From: an uncultured bacterium
GTDB taxonomy: Bacteria; Chloroflexota; UBA5177; JANWHV01
Direction: 5' to 3'
Assembly: GCA_963827235.1 (NCBI GenBank)
Contig: CAWHAE010000012.1
Coordinates: 800,001-864,000 of the forward strand
DNA length: 64,000 nucleotides
A program made the position numbers and the translations under genes. The notes below the pieces were generated by a model that had not been told where the DNA came from, did no database searches, and saw nothing but the letters and a program-made list of their open reading frames with translations. Shown in pieces: positions 38,427-48,461 of this stretch. Within the stretch, counting starts at the first letter, position 1. Each line of letters opens with the position of its first letter.

Positions 38427-38790
38427 TCAGGGCGAGCTTTCTTCCGAGCGCGCCGCGACCCGTTGGAACCCGTTTTTGGCCACGCCCAGCCCGTGCGCGA
38501 TGTCGTCACGCATGACGCGTGGCATGATCGCCAAGCGCGCAGAGTTGAAATGTACTTCCGCCACTTCATTCCAGTTGTCGGAGTACCAGAGCGGCGGAGA
38601 GGCTACGCCGCCAATTCGTTTCGCAAAAAGACGGCACAGCGCACCCGCCTTCAGGCCGTCGTAGCCGAGCGGAAGTTGCGTCCAATGCCGTTCCAGTGTA
38701 CCGAGAGGGAGGTATGCCACGGGACGCCGGCGCCGTGCTTCCACGGTCCCCTTGGGGCGTCAGACGCTCTGCTGACGCGTACCATTACCG
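38427..38790 (-). pseudogene. Creatininase-family relic
   Basis: ERLTPQ / frameshift / VEARRRRPVAYLPLGTLERHW..LPLG.DGLKA..LC....GG...PPLWY; the EWHG motif is degraded and the frame stops after about 105 codons. Confidence 0.65.
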
Positions 38791-38915
38791 GCAAGATGAA
38801 CGACGTCTTCACCTGCGGCTCACTCGGATCGCTCAAGGTCGAGGCAGGCGGCGCCATCACTGCCGGACCGCCGACCATCTTCACCAACAAGAACTTCGAC
38901 CTGTATACATTCTGA
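38763..38915 (+). pseudogene. C-terminal fragment of a rhamnose/AI-2-type sugar ABC substrate-binding protein
   Basis: ITGK.NDVFTCGSLGSLKV..GG.I..GPPTIF...NFDLYTF* resembles the C-terminus of RhaS-like SBPs; no N-terminal part is present. Confidence 0.5.
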
Positions 38916-39266
38916 CCGGCTAGCATCTGCAGGCTGTGCCCACGGGACGGCAGCAGTATCGGCAAGGCGCATCGTGAACCGGTGCGACCGCTGCGGATTG
39001 GGCAATCCTGACGTGGAGGGAGACGATCTGAGAGACGCGGCAAGTGCCGCGACCCATGGATTGTCTCCCATCCTTGTCCACCGGCCGTCAATCGGCCATG
39101 CTTGGTAGTGCAGCCGGAAGGCACCAAGGGCCGGGAAGTCCCGACACGTCAGACCGGGAGCCGCACGAAACCGCCACCACGGGAGAAAGGTCGGGTCCCG
39201 CCCGGCGCGAACGATATCGGAGCTACCGGAAGCACCACGATGGTGCGAGAAGGAGAACCGCGGAAC

Positions 39267-39485
39267 ATGGAAGGCTATGTCGACTATCAGCGGCAAGAGT
39301 TCTGTAAGGATCTACCATGCCCGGTACAGGTACCCCTGGACGCGGCGGCGCCGGATTCGCAGGAATATGCACGCGTCCGCGGCATCTGCCAGGATAACTC
39401 CATACACACGACGTACGAGTTCCACCATTGGCTGATTGGAATGGGCTCCCTGATCATCCGGCCCGCATCGTCGTCGCGTGAATAA
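39267..39485 (+). CDS. Small Cys/His-containing hypothetical protein
   Basis: AAGGAG RBS, MEGYVDYQRQEFCKDLPCPVQ...CQDNSIHTTYEFHHWL; stop lies 15 bp before the next start. Confidence 0.7.
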   Translation: MEGYVDYQRQEFCKDLPCPVQVPLDAAAPDSQEYARVRGICQDNSIHTTYEFHHWLIGMGSLIIRPASSSRE

Positions 39486-39500
39486 GTGCGGAGGGTGACC

Positions 39501-41432
39501 ATGAGGGATCGATGGGATGATGCGGCGGAAGCCAGCCGCGGTGGAGAGCTCGCAGCGCTGGCCTATGCCGTACACCTGCTGGGACAGGACCATGCGCTGG
39601 CGCCGTATGACGGCAGCGGCGCTTCCGTCAAGCTGAACGTGACCAGCCTGTTCGGCGAGGAGGAGGAGCTCCTCTACATGAGCCCCAGGACGTACCTGCC
39701 GGAGTCTCTTGAAGCCGCGGAGCTCGTGCCGCTACGTTGCCGGTCGCTGGCACGCCTGGCAACCCTGCAGCGAGCTACGCCCGCGGAGATGGAGAACGAG
39801 GTGGCGTGCTGCAGAACGCTGACCACGTCGGCGATTCCTCCCATCGATGCCATAGTGCACGCGGCGCTGCCTCGTCGCTGCGTGCTCGCCACGCACCCGG
39901 ATGCCATGCTGGCCATAGGCTGTACCCCGCACGGTCCGGAACGCTTGAGCGAGCTCTTCCAGGGCCGACTGCTGGTATTGCCTTACGTGCCCGCCGGTCC
40001 GGCGACTGCCAACAGTTGTGTCGAGGCTCTGAAGGCGGCAGCCGCGATCGACTTGGCCGGGATCATCGTCCTGCACCAGACACTGCTGACGTTTGGCGAC
40101 ATCGCGCGCGATGCCTACAAGGGCGTGGTCGACGTGGTGACCCGCGCCGAGCAGTACCTCGTCGCGCGGCATGCCTGGGAGCTGCCGGCCGCCCCGGCGG
40201 TCCAGGCACGCGGCACGAGCAGCTCGGAGCTTGCCCTGCTTCGCCGGACTGTATCCGCGGCGGCGGGCAGTCCGTTGATCCTGCGGGCACAGGCCGACCA
40301 AGCAAGTCTCAGCTTCTGCCGCCGCGACGACGTCGCCGCCCTGAGCCAGGCAGGTCCGCCGGTAGCAGGGCAGGTCAGGCTGGCCGGACGGGTGCCGATG
40401 CTTGGGCGAGACGTCGCAGCATACCACGCACCGGGTGAGTCGTCCCAGGCTGTTGCGCCGAGGATCGTGCTGGACCCCGAGCTTGGCGTCTGCGCGCTCG
40501 GCAGGACCGCCGACGAGGCGGTTCTGGCCGGCGAGCAATACGGGCATGCCATTGGCATCGTCCTGCGGGCGAACGCGCTGGAAGCATTTCAGGCCTTGCC
40601 TCCGCGCGCGGCCCGCGAAGCAGAGGAGGCCGCCCGATTGATTTCCCCGGCCACCTGCCTGAGTGAAGACACGCTCTTCGCCGGTGAGGTCGCGCTGGTC
40701 ACCGGAGGCGCATCCGGTATCGGCAAGGCCTGCGTAGAGGCGTTGCTGGCCCGTGGTGCGGCGGTGGTGAATCTGGACATCAACCAGTCTGTCGAGGCCC
40801 AGTTCAATCGGCCGGACTACCTTGGCCTGCAGTGCGACCTTACCAGTGAGGCGACGATTATGCGCTCGTTCGAGACGCTCGCTCGATGCTACGGTGGGCT
40901 GGACATGCTCATCCTGAACGCCGGCATCTTTCCCAACAGCTGCAGAATCGAGTCTCTGACCCTCGAGCACTGGCAGGCCGTCATGCGCGTCAATCTGGAT
41001 GCAAACATGCTGGTCATGCGCGAAGCTTACGCACTGCTCAAGCACTCTCCCCGCGGTGGGCGGGTGGTGGTAAACGCCTCCAAGAACGTGCTCGCCCCGG
41101 GGGCCGGAGCGGCGGCGTATTCCGCCTCGAAAGCGGCGGTAACGCAGCTGGCGCGCGTGGCGGCGCTGGAATGGGGCAAAGACCGCATTCGCATCAACCA
41201 GGTCCATCCCGACGCCATATTCGACACCGGGATCTGGTCGGAAGACGTGCTGAAAGCGCGCGCAGCCCACTACGGGATGACCGTGCAACAGTACAAGACG
41301 AGGAACGTGCTCGGCGTGGAGCTGAACAGCCATGTGGTCGGCGAGCTCGTGGCTGAGATGCTTGGTCCTCGCTTCGAGAAGATCACCGGGGCGCAGATCC
41401 CGGTGGATGGAGGCAGCGACCGCGTGATCTAG
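39501..41432 (+). CDS. Bifunctional class II aldolase-like / SDR protein (RhaD/YuxG-like), aldolase site degenerate
   Basis: N-terminal aldolase-like fold; C-terminal SDR TGGASGIG, LNAG, SKNV.APG.GAAAYSASK, Y..RN.L, GAQIPVDGG. Confidence 0.88.
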   Translation: MRDRWDDAAEASRGGELAALAYAVHLLGQDHALAPYDGSGASVKLNVTSLFGEEEELLYMSPRTYLPESLEAAELVPLRCRSLARLATLQRATPAEMENEVACCRTLTTSAIPPIDAIVHAALPRRCVLATHPDAMLAIGCTPHGPERLSELFQGRLLVLPYVPAGPATANSCVEALKAAAAIDLAGIIVLHQTLLTFGDIARDAYKGVVDVVTRAEQYLVARHAWELPAAPAVQARGTSSSELALLRRTVSAAAGSPLILRAQADQASLSFCRRDDVAALSQAGPPVAGQVRLAGRVPMLGRDVAAYHAPGESSQAVAPRIVLDPELGVCALGRTADEAVLAGEQYGHAIGIVLRANALEAFQALPPRAAREAEEAARLISPATCLSEDTLFAGEVALVTGGASGIGKACVEALLARGAAVVNLDINQSVEAQFNRPDYLGLQCDLTSEATIMRSFETLARCYGGLDMLILNAGIFPNSCRIESLTLEHWQAVMRVNLDANMLVMREAYALLKHSPRGGRVVVNASKNVLAPGAGAAAYSASKAAVTQLARVAALEWGKDRIRINQVHPDAIFDTGIWSEDVLKARAAHYGMTVQQYKTRNVLGVELNSHVVGELVAEMLGPRFEKITGAQIPVDGGSDRVI

Positions 41433-41572
41433 AACGGCTATTGCTCACTCGGGTGTGCTGCCTCGGTATCCATCCGCCTCTCCGGCCGCGCCGGCGGAGC
41501 AGCGACCGCGGGGTTGCGGTGGACCCGTGCGGGCAAGAGAGGGTGGAGATCCGTGCGGATCCCGGTGGGCGC

Positions 41573-41625
41573 TTGACAGGGGCGCCGGTACTGGCCTAGA
41601 ATTCCTGTAAACACAAGTAGACAAG
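41573..41625 (+). promoter_or_regulatory. Promoter and probable GntR/HutC-type operator
   Basis: TTGACA-18-TAGAAT followed by TGTAAACACAAGTAGACAAG, resembling GTnTAnAC HutC-family boxes. Confidence 0.55.
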
Positions 41626-41639
41626 TTACCCCGAGCGCC

Positions 41640-42380
41640 GTGTGCACGATTGACAAGCGCAGCACCGTCCCATATTACGAGCAGCTAGCAGAGCTGCTCA
41701 GGCAGGAAATCGACCAGAATAAGCCCCAGACCGGGCTGTATCAGCTGCCGTCGGAGAACGAGCTGGCAGAGCGGCACGGCGTTAGCCGCCCCACCATCCG
41801 GCACGCCCTGGACGCGCTGGAGCGTCAGGGCTATATCTACCGCGAGAAAGGCAGAGGCTCCTTTGCGGCAACCCGGAGGGTCGAGCACGAGCTGACGCGG
41901 CTGGTCTCCACGACGGAGGCGATGCGAAAACGCGGCTGGACGGTGTCCACTAGGGTGGTCAGTGTCAATCGCCTGCAGGCGCCGGCTCCCATCTCCCACG
42001 CGCTCGAGCTGGGGCCAGACGACTACGTGTACGAGCTGCGCCGGCTACGCATCGTGGACGACGTGCCCGTGAGCGTGCAAACCGCATTCCTGCCGGCCGA
42101 TCTCTGTCCCAAGCTCGAGGACAACGATCTCACCAGCTCCCTGTATCGCCTGCTCGACGCACGCTATGGCCTGCGGCTGTGGACAGGGACCGAGGTCATG
42201 CGGTCGCGCGGCGCCACCAAGGGGGAGGCCAAGCTGCTGCAGATACGGGAGGGAACGCCGGTGATGTTCGCTGAGCGCATCACGTACACCTCTACGGGCA
42301 CACCGGTCGAGTATCTCGAAGCCGCCTGGCGGGGCGATCGCTACGACCTTACGGTGGCTCTGACCCGGCCTCCGGATTGA
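41640..42380 (+). CDS. GntR (HutC/UTRA) transcriptional regulator
   Basis: PYYEQL, LPSENELAE..GVSR.TIR.AL..L...G.I.R.KGRGSF, C-terminal UTRA (RGDRY). Confidence 0.94.
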   Translation: MCTIDKRSTVPYYEQLAELLRQEIDQNKPQTGLYQLPSENELAERHGVSRPTIRHALDALERQGYIYREKGRGSFAATRRVEHELTRLVSTTEAMRKRGWTVSTRVVSVNRLQAPAPISHALELGPDDYVYELRRLRIVDDVPVSVQTAFLPADLCPKLEDNDLTSSLYRLLDARYGLRLWTGTEVMRSRGATKGEAKLLQIREGTPVMFAERITYTSTGTPVEYLEAAWRGDRYDLTVALTRPPD

Positions 42381-42438
42381 TTTTGCACCTGTTGGCCCGC
42401 CGGGCGTAGCGGCCGATCTGTTAACGAAGGGACAGAAC

Positions 42439-43257
42439 ATGTTCGACCATATGGATTGGGGAATGGCCAACCGCTTGTCGAGGACGATCAAGCCGGACGG
42501 GCACTGCTTCTACCTTGCAATGGACCACGGCTACTTCCAGGGCCCGACACATTGCCTGGAGAAGCCCGGCCAGGCCGCCGAGCCCTTGCTTCCCTACGTC
42601 GACGCCCTCTTTGTGACCCGCGGCGTCCTGCGCGCCGCCATCAGCCCGTCCATGAGCCCCGCGCTTATCCTCCGTGTGTCGGGCGGCAACAGCATGGCGA
42701 TCGACGATCTGGCGAACGAAGATATCACCACGGCCATAGAAGACGTTATCCGGGTAAATGCCGCCGCCGTGGGCTTCTCCGTGTACGTCGGATCCGCGTT
42801 TCAGCACCAGACGCTCATGGCGCTCTGCAAGCTGGTCAACGAGTGTACCACCTACGGAATCCCGGTGATGGCCGTCACTGCAGTGGGTCGCGAGACGCAG
42901 AAGATGGAAGCACGGCACCTTTCCCTGGCTTGCCGCGTCTGCGCGGAGCTGGGTGCCACCGTGGTCAAGACCTACTACTGTGAGGACTTCGAGAAAGTAA
43001 CCGGAGGCTGCCCGGTGCCGGTAGTGATCGCGGGCGGTCCCAAGACCGACTCGGAGCTCGAGGTGCTGGAGTTCGTCTACAAGGGCATGCAGCAGGGCGC
43101 CATCGGCGTCAACCTCGGGCGCAACATCTGGCAGAACGACTACCCCACGGCAATGGCGCGGTCGTTGCAAGCGTTGATTCACGAGAATCTCAGGCCCCCT
43201 GAAGCGCACGAGCTGTTCCTGAGCCTGAAGAACGATGCCAAGCAGTCGGACCAATAG
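42439..43257 (+). CDS. lsrF: LsrF-family thiolase / class I aldolase
   Basis: MDWGM.NRL, LAMDHGYFQGPT, TRG.LR, CR..AELGA.VVKTYYC, PVPVVIAGGPK, GV..GRNIWQ. Confidence 0.88.
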   Translation: MFDHMDWGMANRLSRTIKPDGHCFYLAMDHGYFQGPTHCLEKPGQAAEPLLPYVDALFVTRGVLRAAISPSMSPALILRVSGGNSMAIDDLANEDITTAIEDVIRVNAAAVGFSVYVGSAFQHQTLMALCKLVNECTTYGIPVMAVTAVGRETQKMEARHLSLACRVCAELGATVVKTYYCEDFEKVTGGCPVPVVIAGGPKTDSELEVLEFVYKGMQQGAIGVNLGRNIWQNDYPTAMARSLQALIHENLRPPEAHELFLSLKNDAKQSDQ

Positions 43258-43277
43258 CGCTGGACGAGCTGGCACGT

Positions 43278-43517
43278 TTGCCGACGGAGAAGCTGCGCGG
43301 CCTGTGCAGGCGCCTGGTACTGCTCCGCCGCCTTGAGGAGCGCGCCTACTTTCTATTCCTGCAGGGCAAGATCCCAGGTGCGGTGCACCAGTACCAGGGG
43401 CAGGAGGCGGTGGCCGTCGGTCTCTGCGACTACCTGAATCCCACGGACTGGATCACCTCCACGTACCGGCTTCAAGGTGGCACGCTGGCCAAGGGTGCCT
43501 CGCCCAGGGAGCGGTGA
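43278..43517 (+). pseudogene. Truncated TPP-dependent dehydrogenase E1 alpha subunit
   Basis: RRLEE...LFLQGKIPG.VH.YQGQEAVAVG....L...DWITSTYR..G..LAKG, then a stop at about 80 aa, before the TPP-binding GDG motif. Confidence 0.8.
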
Positions 43518-43620
43518 TCAAGCGGCCCGGCGAGGACGTGCATCCCAGGGCTCCGCCACTATTAGCCGGCGGCATCGTACTATGATGTTGGTTTGGCTCG
43601 GGAGAAAGGAATGACCGAGC

Positions 43621-44022
43621 ATGAGGGGAAGGATCCCTCAGGAGTTCGTCGACCTACTGCGGAGGCCGGCATTCGCCCATCTGGCCACGATCATGCCCGA
43701 CGGATCGCCGCAGGTGACGCCCGTCTGGGTCGACTTCGACGGCACGGACCTGCTGGTGAACTCCGCCAAGGGCCGTGTGAAGGACAAGAACATGCAGGCG
43801 CGCCCCAAGGTGGCCGTGGAGCTCAGCGATCCGGAAAACCCGTACCGCTACCTGTCCATTCGCGGACGCGTCGTAGACATAACGGAGGACGGCGCCGAAG
43901 CCCACATCGACAAGCTCAGCAAGAAGTACACGGGCTCGGATACGTTTCTCGGCCGCACGCCGGGCGAGATTCGCCGCATCTACAGAATCGAGATCGATCG
44001 AGTCCAGGCCAGGGGTGAGTAG
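43621..44022 (+). CDS. PPOX-class F420-dependent oxidoreductase
   Basis: AHLATIMPDGSPQVTPVWVD, GR.KD.N....P.VA, NPYRY..IRG, HID.L.KKY.G. Confidence 0.92.
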   Translation: MRGRIPQEFVDLLRRPAFAHLATIMPDGSPQVTPVWVDFDGTDLLVNSAKGRVKDKNMQARPKVAVELSDPENPYRYLSIRGRVVDITEDGAEAHIDKLSKKYTGSDTFLGRTPGEIRRIYRIEIDRVQARGE

Positions 44023-44482
44023 CACGCGTGCGCGGCATCGCCGGCCAAGAGAGGGCGCTTGTCCGCCCACTCGACGCGGCAGCGGACGGTCGTACGCGCC
44101 CGCCGCGTCGATCCTCGGGTGGGGCGCGGCCGCGCTCCTCTCGTGAGCGTTTCGCGCCGCGGGCTGTGCCGTGAATGCCGGGTGTCGACAGATGATGCAG
44201 GTATACCGTATCGTATCGGATGAGAGGCGCCGGTGGAGTCGGTACTTCGCGGAAGTGGACCCGGGCCTACCGGCCGATGCGCCGGCTCGCGCTCCGGACT
44301 CGCGGGCGGCATCCGGTGTTCGTTTACCGGTGGCCGTGCCGTGAACGATCCCGGCCCGCGACCGCCTGAACGGCCGGGTCTCGGTGCGGACGCGATACGG
44401 TTTGCCTACCCGGCCGGGCACTGCTCTGCCTCGGCTGCCGGAACGGCGCCGCGGTGGACGCGATCGTAGGGGGAGGCCCGGC

Positions 44483-46966
44483 ATGGACAGCCAGTCCGCG
44501 CGGCAGGCGAGCAAGAGCTTTGACGGATCGCCGGCGCGGTTACACGAGCAGGTGTCCGTCGTGGAGACGTCCGAAGAGCGCAAGCTTCGGCCCGAGGAGC
44601 TCCGCATTCTCAATGCGATTCAGCGACGCGTGCTCTGGCTTGCCACGCTGATGATCCACCATGCCAATCATTCCCGCCCCAACGTGGACAATCTGAAGGT
44701 AGGCGGTCACCAGGCTTCGTCGGCATCCATGGCCGGCATTCTGACCTCCCTCTACTTCCGCTACCTCGAAGCGGGCGATCGGGTCTCCGTCAAGCCGCAT
44801 GCTTCGCCCGCCTATCACGCCGTGCACTATCTGCTCGGCAATCTCGATCGCGAGTACCTCACCAGGTTGCGCTCATTTGGCGGTCTGCAGGCCTATCCCA
44901 GCCGCACGAAGGATCCCGATCCCATCGACTTCAGCACGGGCTCGGTAGGTCTCGGCGCCGTCGCACCGGCCTTCGCCGCCGTGGCGCATCGCTACGCCAA
45001 GCGGCACTTCGGCAGCGTCACGTCCAAGCGGTTCATCGCAATTCTCGGCGATGCCGAGCTGGACGAAGGAAGCGTGTGGGAGGCCGTGGCCGAGGAGGCC
45101 TTGCAAGGCCTGGGCAACGTGATGCTGATCGTCGACCTGAACCGCCAGAGTCTCGACCGTGTAGTGCCCGGTATTCGCGCCTCCCAGCTCAAGGCCCTGT
45201 TCGGTGCCGCTGGCTGGTGCGTGCTGGAAGCGAAGTATGGCCGCCTGCTCAAGGATGCCTTTGCTCGTCCAGGTGGCGACGCATTGCGCGCGCGCATCGA
45301 CGCGATGAGCAATGAGGAATACCAGAGCCTGCTGGTTCGCCGCGGCGATGACCTGCGGACGCGCCTGGTGCGGCCCGGCGGTCCCGGCACAGCCGAGGAT
45401 ACCGCGATCGCGACGGCACTACTCGACACTCAGGACGAGCATCTGCACGAGCTAATCGCCAACCTCGGCGGCCACGACCTGGACGAGCTGTTGCGCGCAT
45501 TCGAGCAGGCCGACCGATCGACCAACGCGCCCGCGGTCGTCTTCGCCTACACGATCAAAGGTTGGGGTCTGCCCCTGGCCGGTAATCCAATGAATCACTC
45601 CATGTTGCTCACCACGGAGCAGGTGGCCGCGCTTCAAGACGAGCTTGGCATCGCGCGGGGCGGCGAGTGGGATGCCTTCGAGCCCGGCACGCCCGAGGCG
45701 CTGTGGTGCCGGGCCTCCGCCGAGCGGCTGCGACAGGACCGGCGTGTGCTCCCGCAGACAGTGCAGGCCGCCGACATTCCGTCTGCCCTCGACGTGTCCT
45801 TTCCCAACGTGCTGTCTACTCAGGAGGCCCTGGGTCGCGTCCTGCCCAGGCTGGCGGAGATACCTCTCGCCGGCCCACGTATCGTGACCGCGGCGCCCGA
45901 CGTGGCCACCTCAACGCACCTGGGAAACTGGGTGGCCAAGGCGGGTGTCTTCGAGCCGGAAGCCCGGCCGGACTTCCAGGCAGACTCCGCCCGGCTGGTG
46001 CGCTGGCAGCCCGGACCGGAAGGGCATCACATCGAACTCGGCATCTCGGAGATGAACCTCTTCATGCTGCTCGGGCAGCTCGGCATGAGCCATGAGCTCT
46101 GCGGCCAGCTTCTCTTCCCGATCGGCACGGTGTACGACCCGTTCGTCTGCCGCGGACTAGACGCGCTCATCTACGGCCTTTACTCCGGTTCGCGCATGAT
46201 CTTTGCCGGCACGCCATCCGGCATCAGTCTGAGTCCCGAGGGCGGCGCGCACCAGTCTTCGGTCACGCCGTCCCTCGGCATCGAGCTGCCCGGCCTCGCC
46301 TGCTACGAGCTAGCCTTCGCGCGCGAGGTGGAGTGGGTGTTGCTGGAGGCGTTGCGCCAGTGCTGCGATCGCGCGCACGGATCGTCCACCTACCTGCGCC
46401 TTTCGACCAAAGGCATCGACCAGGCGCTCCTCGAGCCGGCAGTGCGGCGCTATGGCGAAGAGTCGTTGCGCCTGCAGGTGCTTGCCGGAGGCTACCGCCT
46501 GATGGAGGGCCGTGGCCTGGTGCCCGGCGCGGACGACGCGGACGTCGTGCAGCTGGCGACGACCGGTGCCATGGTGCCGGAGACCGTGGAGGCAGCCCGC
46601 CTGCTGGCCACTGAAGGTATTGCCGCCAACGTGCTGAACCTCACCAGCCCGGATCGCCTGTTCGCCGCCCTTCGCGCGTCTCGTGCTCACCGCCGCCGGG
46701 ACGCCGCTGCGTGCCCGGGCCTCGGCGCACTCGACGCGCTTCTGCCGCCCGCGGAGCGCGCGGCGCCGATCGTGACCGTGCACGACGCCTCGGCGCACAG
46801 CCTGGCCTTTCTCGGCGGTGCTTTCGGTGCGCCGACAGTGCCGCTGGGCGTCGACCAGTTCGGCCAGTCGGGCACGCAGAGCGACCTCTATCGCCAGGCT
46901 GAGATCGGCGCGGAGGATATCGTGGCGGCTGCCTACGTGGCGCTGGAGCTCCGCCAGGGATTGTGA
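44483..46966 (+). CDS. Homodimeric 2-oxoacid dehydrogenase E1 (AceE/MdeB-like)
   Basis: KVGGHQASSAS, KPHASP, LQAYPS, STGSVGLG, TPP motif GDAELDEG...DLNRQSLD, ELGISEMN, EGGAHQS, LGVDQFGQSG. Confidence 0.92.
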   Translation: MDSQSARQASKSFDGSPARLHEQVSVVETSEERKLRPEELRILNAIQRRVLWLATLMIHHANHSRPNVDNLKVGGHQASSASMAGILTSLYFRYLEAGDRVSVKPHASPAYHAVHYLLGNLDREYLTRLRSFGGLQAYPSRTKDPDPIDFSTGSVGLGAVAPAFAAVAHRYAKRHFGSVTSKRFIAILGDAELDEGSVWEAVAEEALQGLGNVMLIVDLNRQSLDRVVPGIRASQLKALFGAAGWCVLEAKYGRLLKDAFARPGGDALRARIDAMSNEEYQSLLVRRGDDLRTRLVRPGGPGTAEDTAIATALLDTQDEHLHELIANLGGHDLDELLRAFEQADRSTNAPAVVFAYTIKGWGLPLAGNPMNHSMLLTTEQVAALQDELGIARGGEWDAFEPGTPEALWCRASAERLRQDRRVLPQTVQAADIPSALDVSFPNVLSTQEALGRVLPRLAEIPLAGPRIVTAAPDVATSTHLGNWVAKAGVFEPEARPDFQADSARLVRWQPGPEGHHIELGISEMNLFMLLGQLGMSHELCGQLLFPIGTVYDPFVCRGLDALIYGLYSGSRMIFAGTPSGISLSPEGGAHQSSVTPSLGIELPGLACYELAFAREVEWVLLEALRQCCDRAHGSSTYLRLSTKGIDQALLEPAVRRYGEESLRLQVLAGGYRLMEGRGLVPGADDADVVQLATTGAMVPETVEAARLLATEGIAANVLNLTSPDRLFAALRASRAHRRRDAAACPGLGALDALLPPAERAAPIVTVHDASAHSLAFLGGAFGAPTVPLGVDQFGQSGTQSDLYRQAEIGAEDIVAAAYVALELRQGL

Positions 46967-47357
46967 CCGAGCAGGAGCTCTGGGGTTACTCGAGCGACAG
47001 TGCGTCCGTCCCATAGTGAGCGCTGGATGCAGCGGTACGCAACAGCCCATCCGGTGGAGTGCATCAAGCGGAGGCTGCCCTCGGCGGTGGAGCCGCCAGC
47101 AGAGTAGATCCGGGTCGAGCTCCTCCGATCATCCGGCCCGTGGTGCTCTGCTCCTTAGCACAAGCGTTCGCACGCACTACGCCTGGCGACTGTGGGAAAT
47201 GGTTACATGAGCGGGCGTCCTGGGCTGGCGCGCCTAGTAGAGCCCGATGGACTTCGGCTGAGCTCGACACGGTAGCTGGCCTGGTGACCGTGGCGGCTGC
47301 TCCTACGCCAAGCCCACGAGACGGATACGCTCTCCCGCGCCACGTACGGAACGCAGG

Positions 47358-48215
47358 TCACGTGGCACCACGATCGATACCGTCGCACAGGGTATGCACG
47401 AGTGCAGTCGCAATCGCGACTTGCCCGGCGAGGCTTGGATGAAGCCCGTCAGGCAGCAGATACGCTGGGTCGGCAGGATCGCCGAACACACGCTGCAGGT
47501 CGACGACCGGGTCCGCATACTGCCGGATACAGGAGGCGAGTACCGCCAGGTCCGCATTGCGGAAGCTCAGCTCCAGCGGCCCCAGCTGCCAATCAGCAGT
47601 GATCTGCGCCTCGATCACCGGCGGCGGTGTCATCCAGATCCAGCGAGCTCCGGTGCGTCCCGCCAGACGGCGCAGAGCCCGGAGGTTCCGATCAGTCGCC
47701 TCCGGGTCGGCCATGCGCGCTGCCTCGGGATACCCGTGCCGTCGTGCGTCGTTCGTTCCTGCCAGGACGATAATCCAGTCCGGCTTTTCGCGCACGACCT
47801 CGAGGACGCGGGCGATCATCTGGGCCGTCGTGTCGGCCGATACGCCGGCATTGACCACGCGGACACGATCCCGTGGCCGGCCCAGCGCAAGCAGGTGCCG
47901 CAGGATCTCCAGCCAGGATTGGTCGTCGTCGGTAATGCTGTCGCCAAGGCCGACTACGGTCGCTCCAGGCGCGAAAGGCAGGTGCCCTACCGCCAGAGCC
48001 ACCTCAGGGTCTTGCAGCATCCGACTCGCTGCCCGCATCACAAGATTGACCGAGCGGCGCTTGGCGTGGCGGTAGAAGGCAGCGTCGATGCCGAGGATGA
48101 CGGCCACCTGGTCGTCAGCCAGCGACGGCCCGCCGAAGCGGGACAGTACCTTCTCCGGATGCTGGAATTGAATGAACCGCGTTAGCTGCTCCTCGGTCAT
48201 ATCCGCGACCACCAT
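47358..48215 (-). CDS. SGNH/GDSL-family esterase with N-terminal extension
   Basis: GDSITD, NAGVSADT, GTND, DGLHP blocks. Confidence 0.9.
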   Translation of the reverse strand: MVVADMTEEQLTRFIQFQHPEKVLSRFGGPSLADDQVAVILGIDAAFYRHAKRRSVNLVMRAASRMLQDPEVALAVGHLPFAPGATVVGLGDSITDDDQSWLEILRHLLALGRPRDRVRVVNAGVSADTTAQMIARVLEVVREKPDWIIVLAGTNDARRHGYPEAARMADPEATDRNLRALRRLAGRTGARWIWMTPPPVIEAQITADWQLGPLELSFRNADLAVLASCIRQYADPVVDLQRVFGDPADPAYLLPDGLHPSLAGQVAIATALVHTLCDGIDRGAT

Positions 48216-48461
48216 CGGACTACCTTTCATGCATGTGCCCACCCGGGCGGCTGGATGCCTCGGCAGCCGCGGGCCGCCCAGAGCGCCGGTCACGTAATAG
48301 CGCTGAGGCTGCCCTACGGCTATCTGGAGGCAGTCTGAAGGCGGTCGGTGCCCGGTTCGAGCCCGAAGTTGACTCGGAACCGCGCCATTTCGGTGCCGCT
48401 CATCACGACATATCTTTAATGTTGACCGGCACTCCAGTGCCGTGCCTTCCGCCCCGGCATG

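Noticed and set aside
39732-41333. 533-aa minus-strand ORF
   Set aside because: Antisense shadow of the aldolase/SDR gene.
44023-44480. Long intergenic region before the AceE-like gene
   Set aside because: No convincing ORF, TPP riboswitch core or repeat was seen.
46967-47357. Gap between convergent genes containing several short ORFs
   Set aside because: No RBS-supported, protein-like frame or recognisable RNA motif.
48300-48375. GGTTCGAGCCC resembling a tRNA T-loop
   Set aside because: No 5-bp T-stem, D-arm, anticodon arm or acceptor stem could be built.
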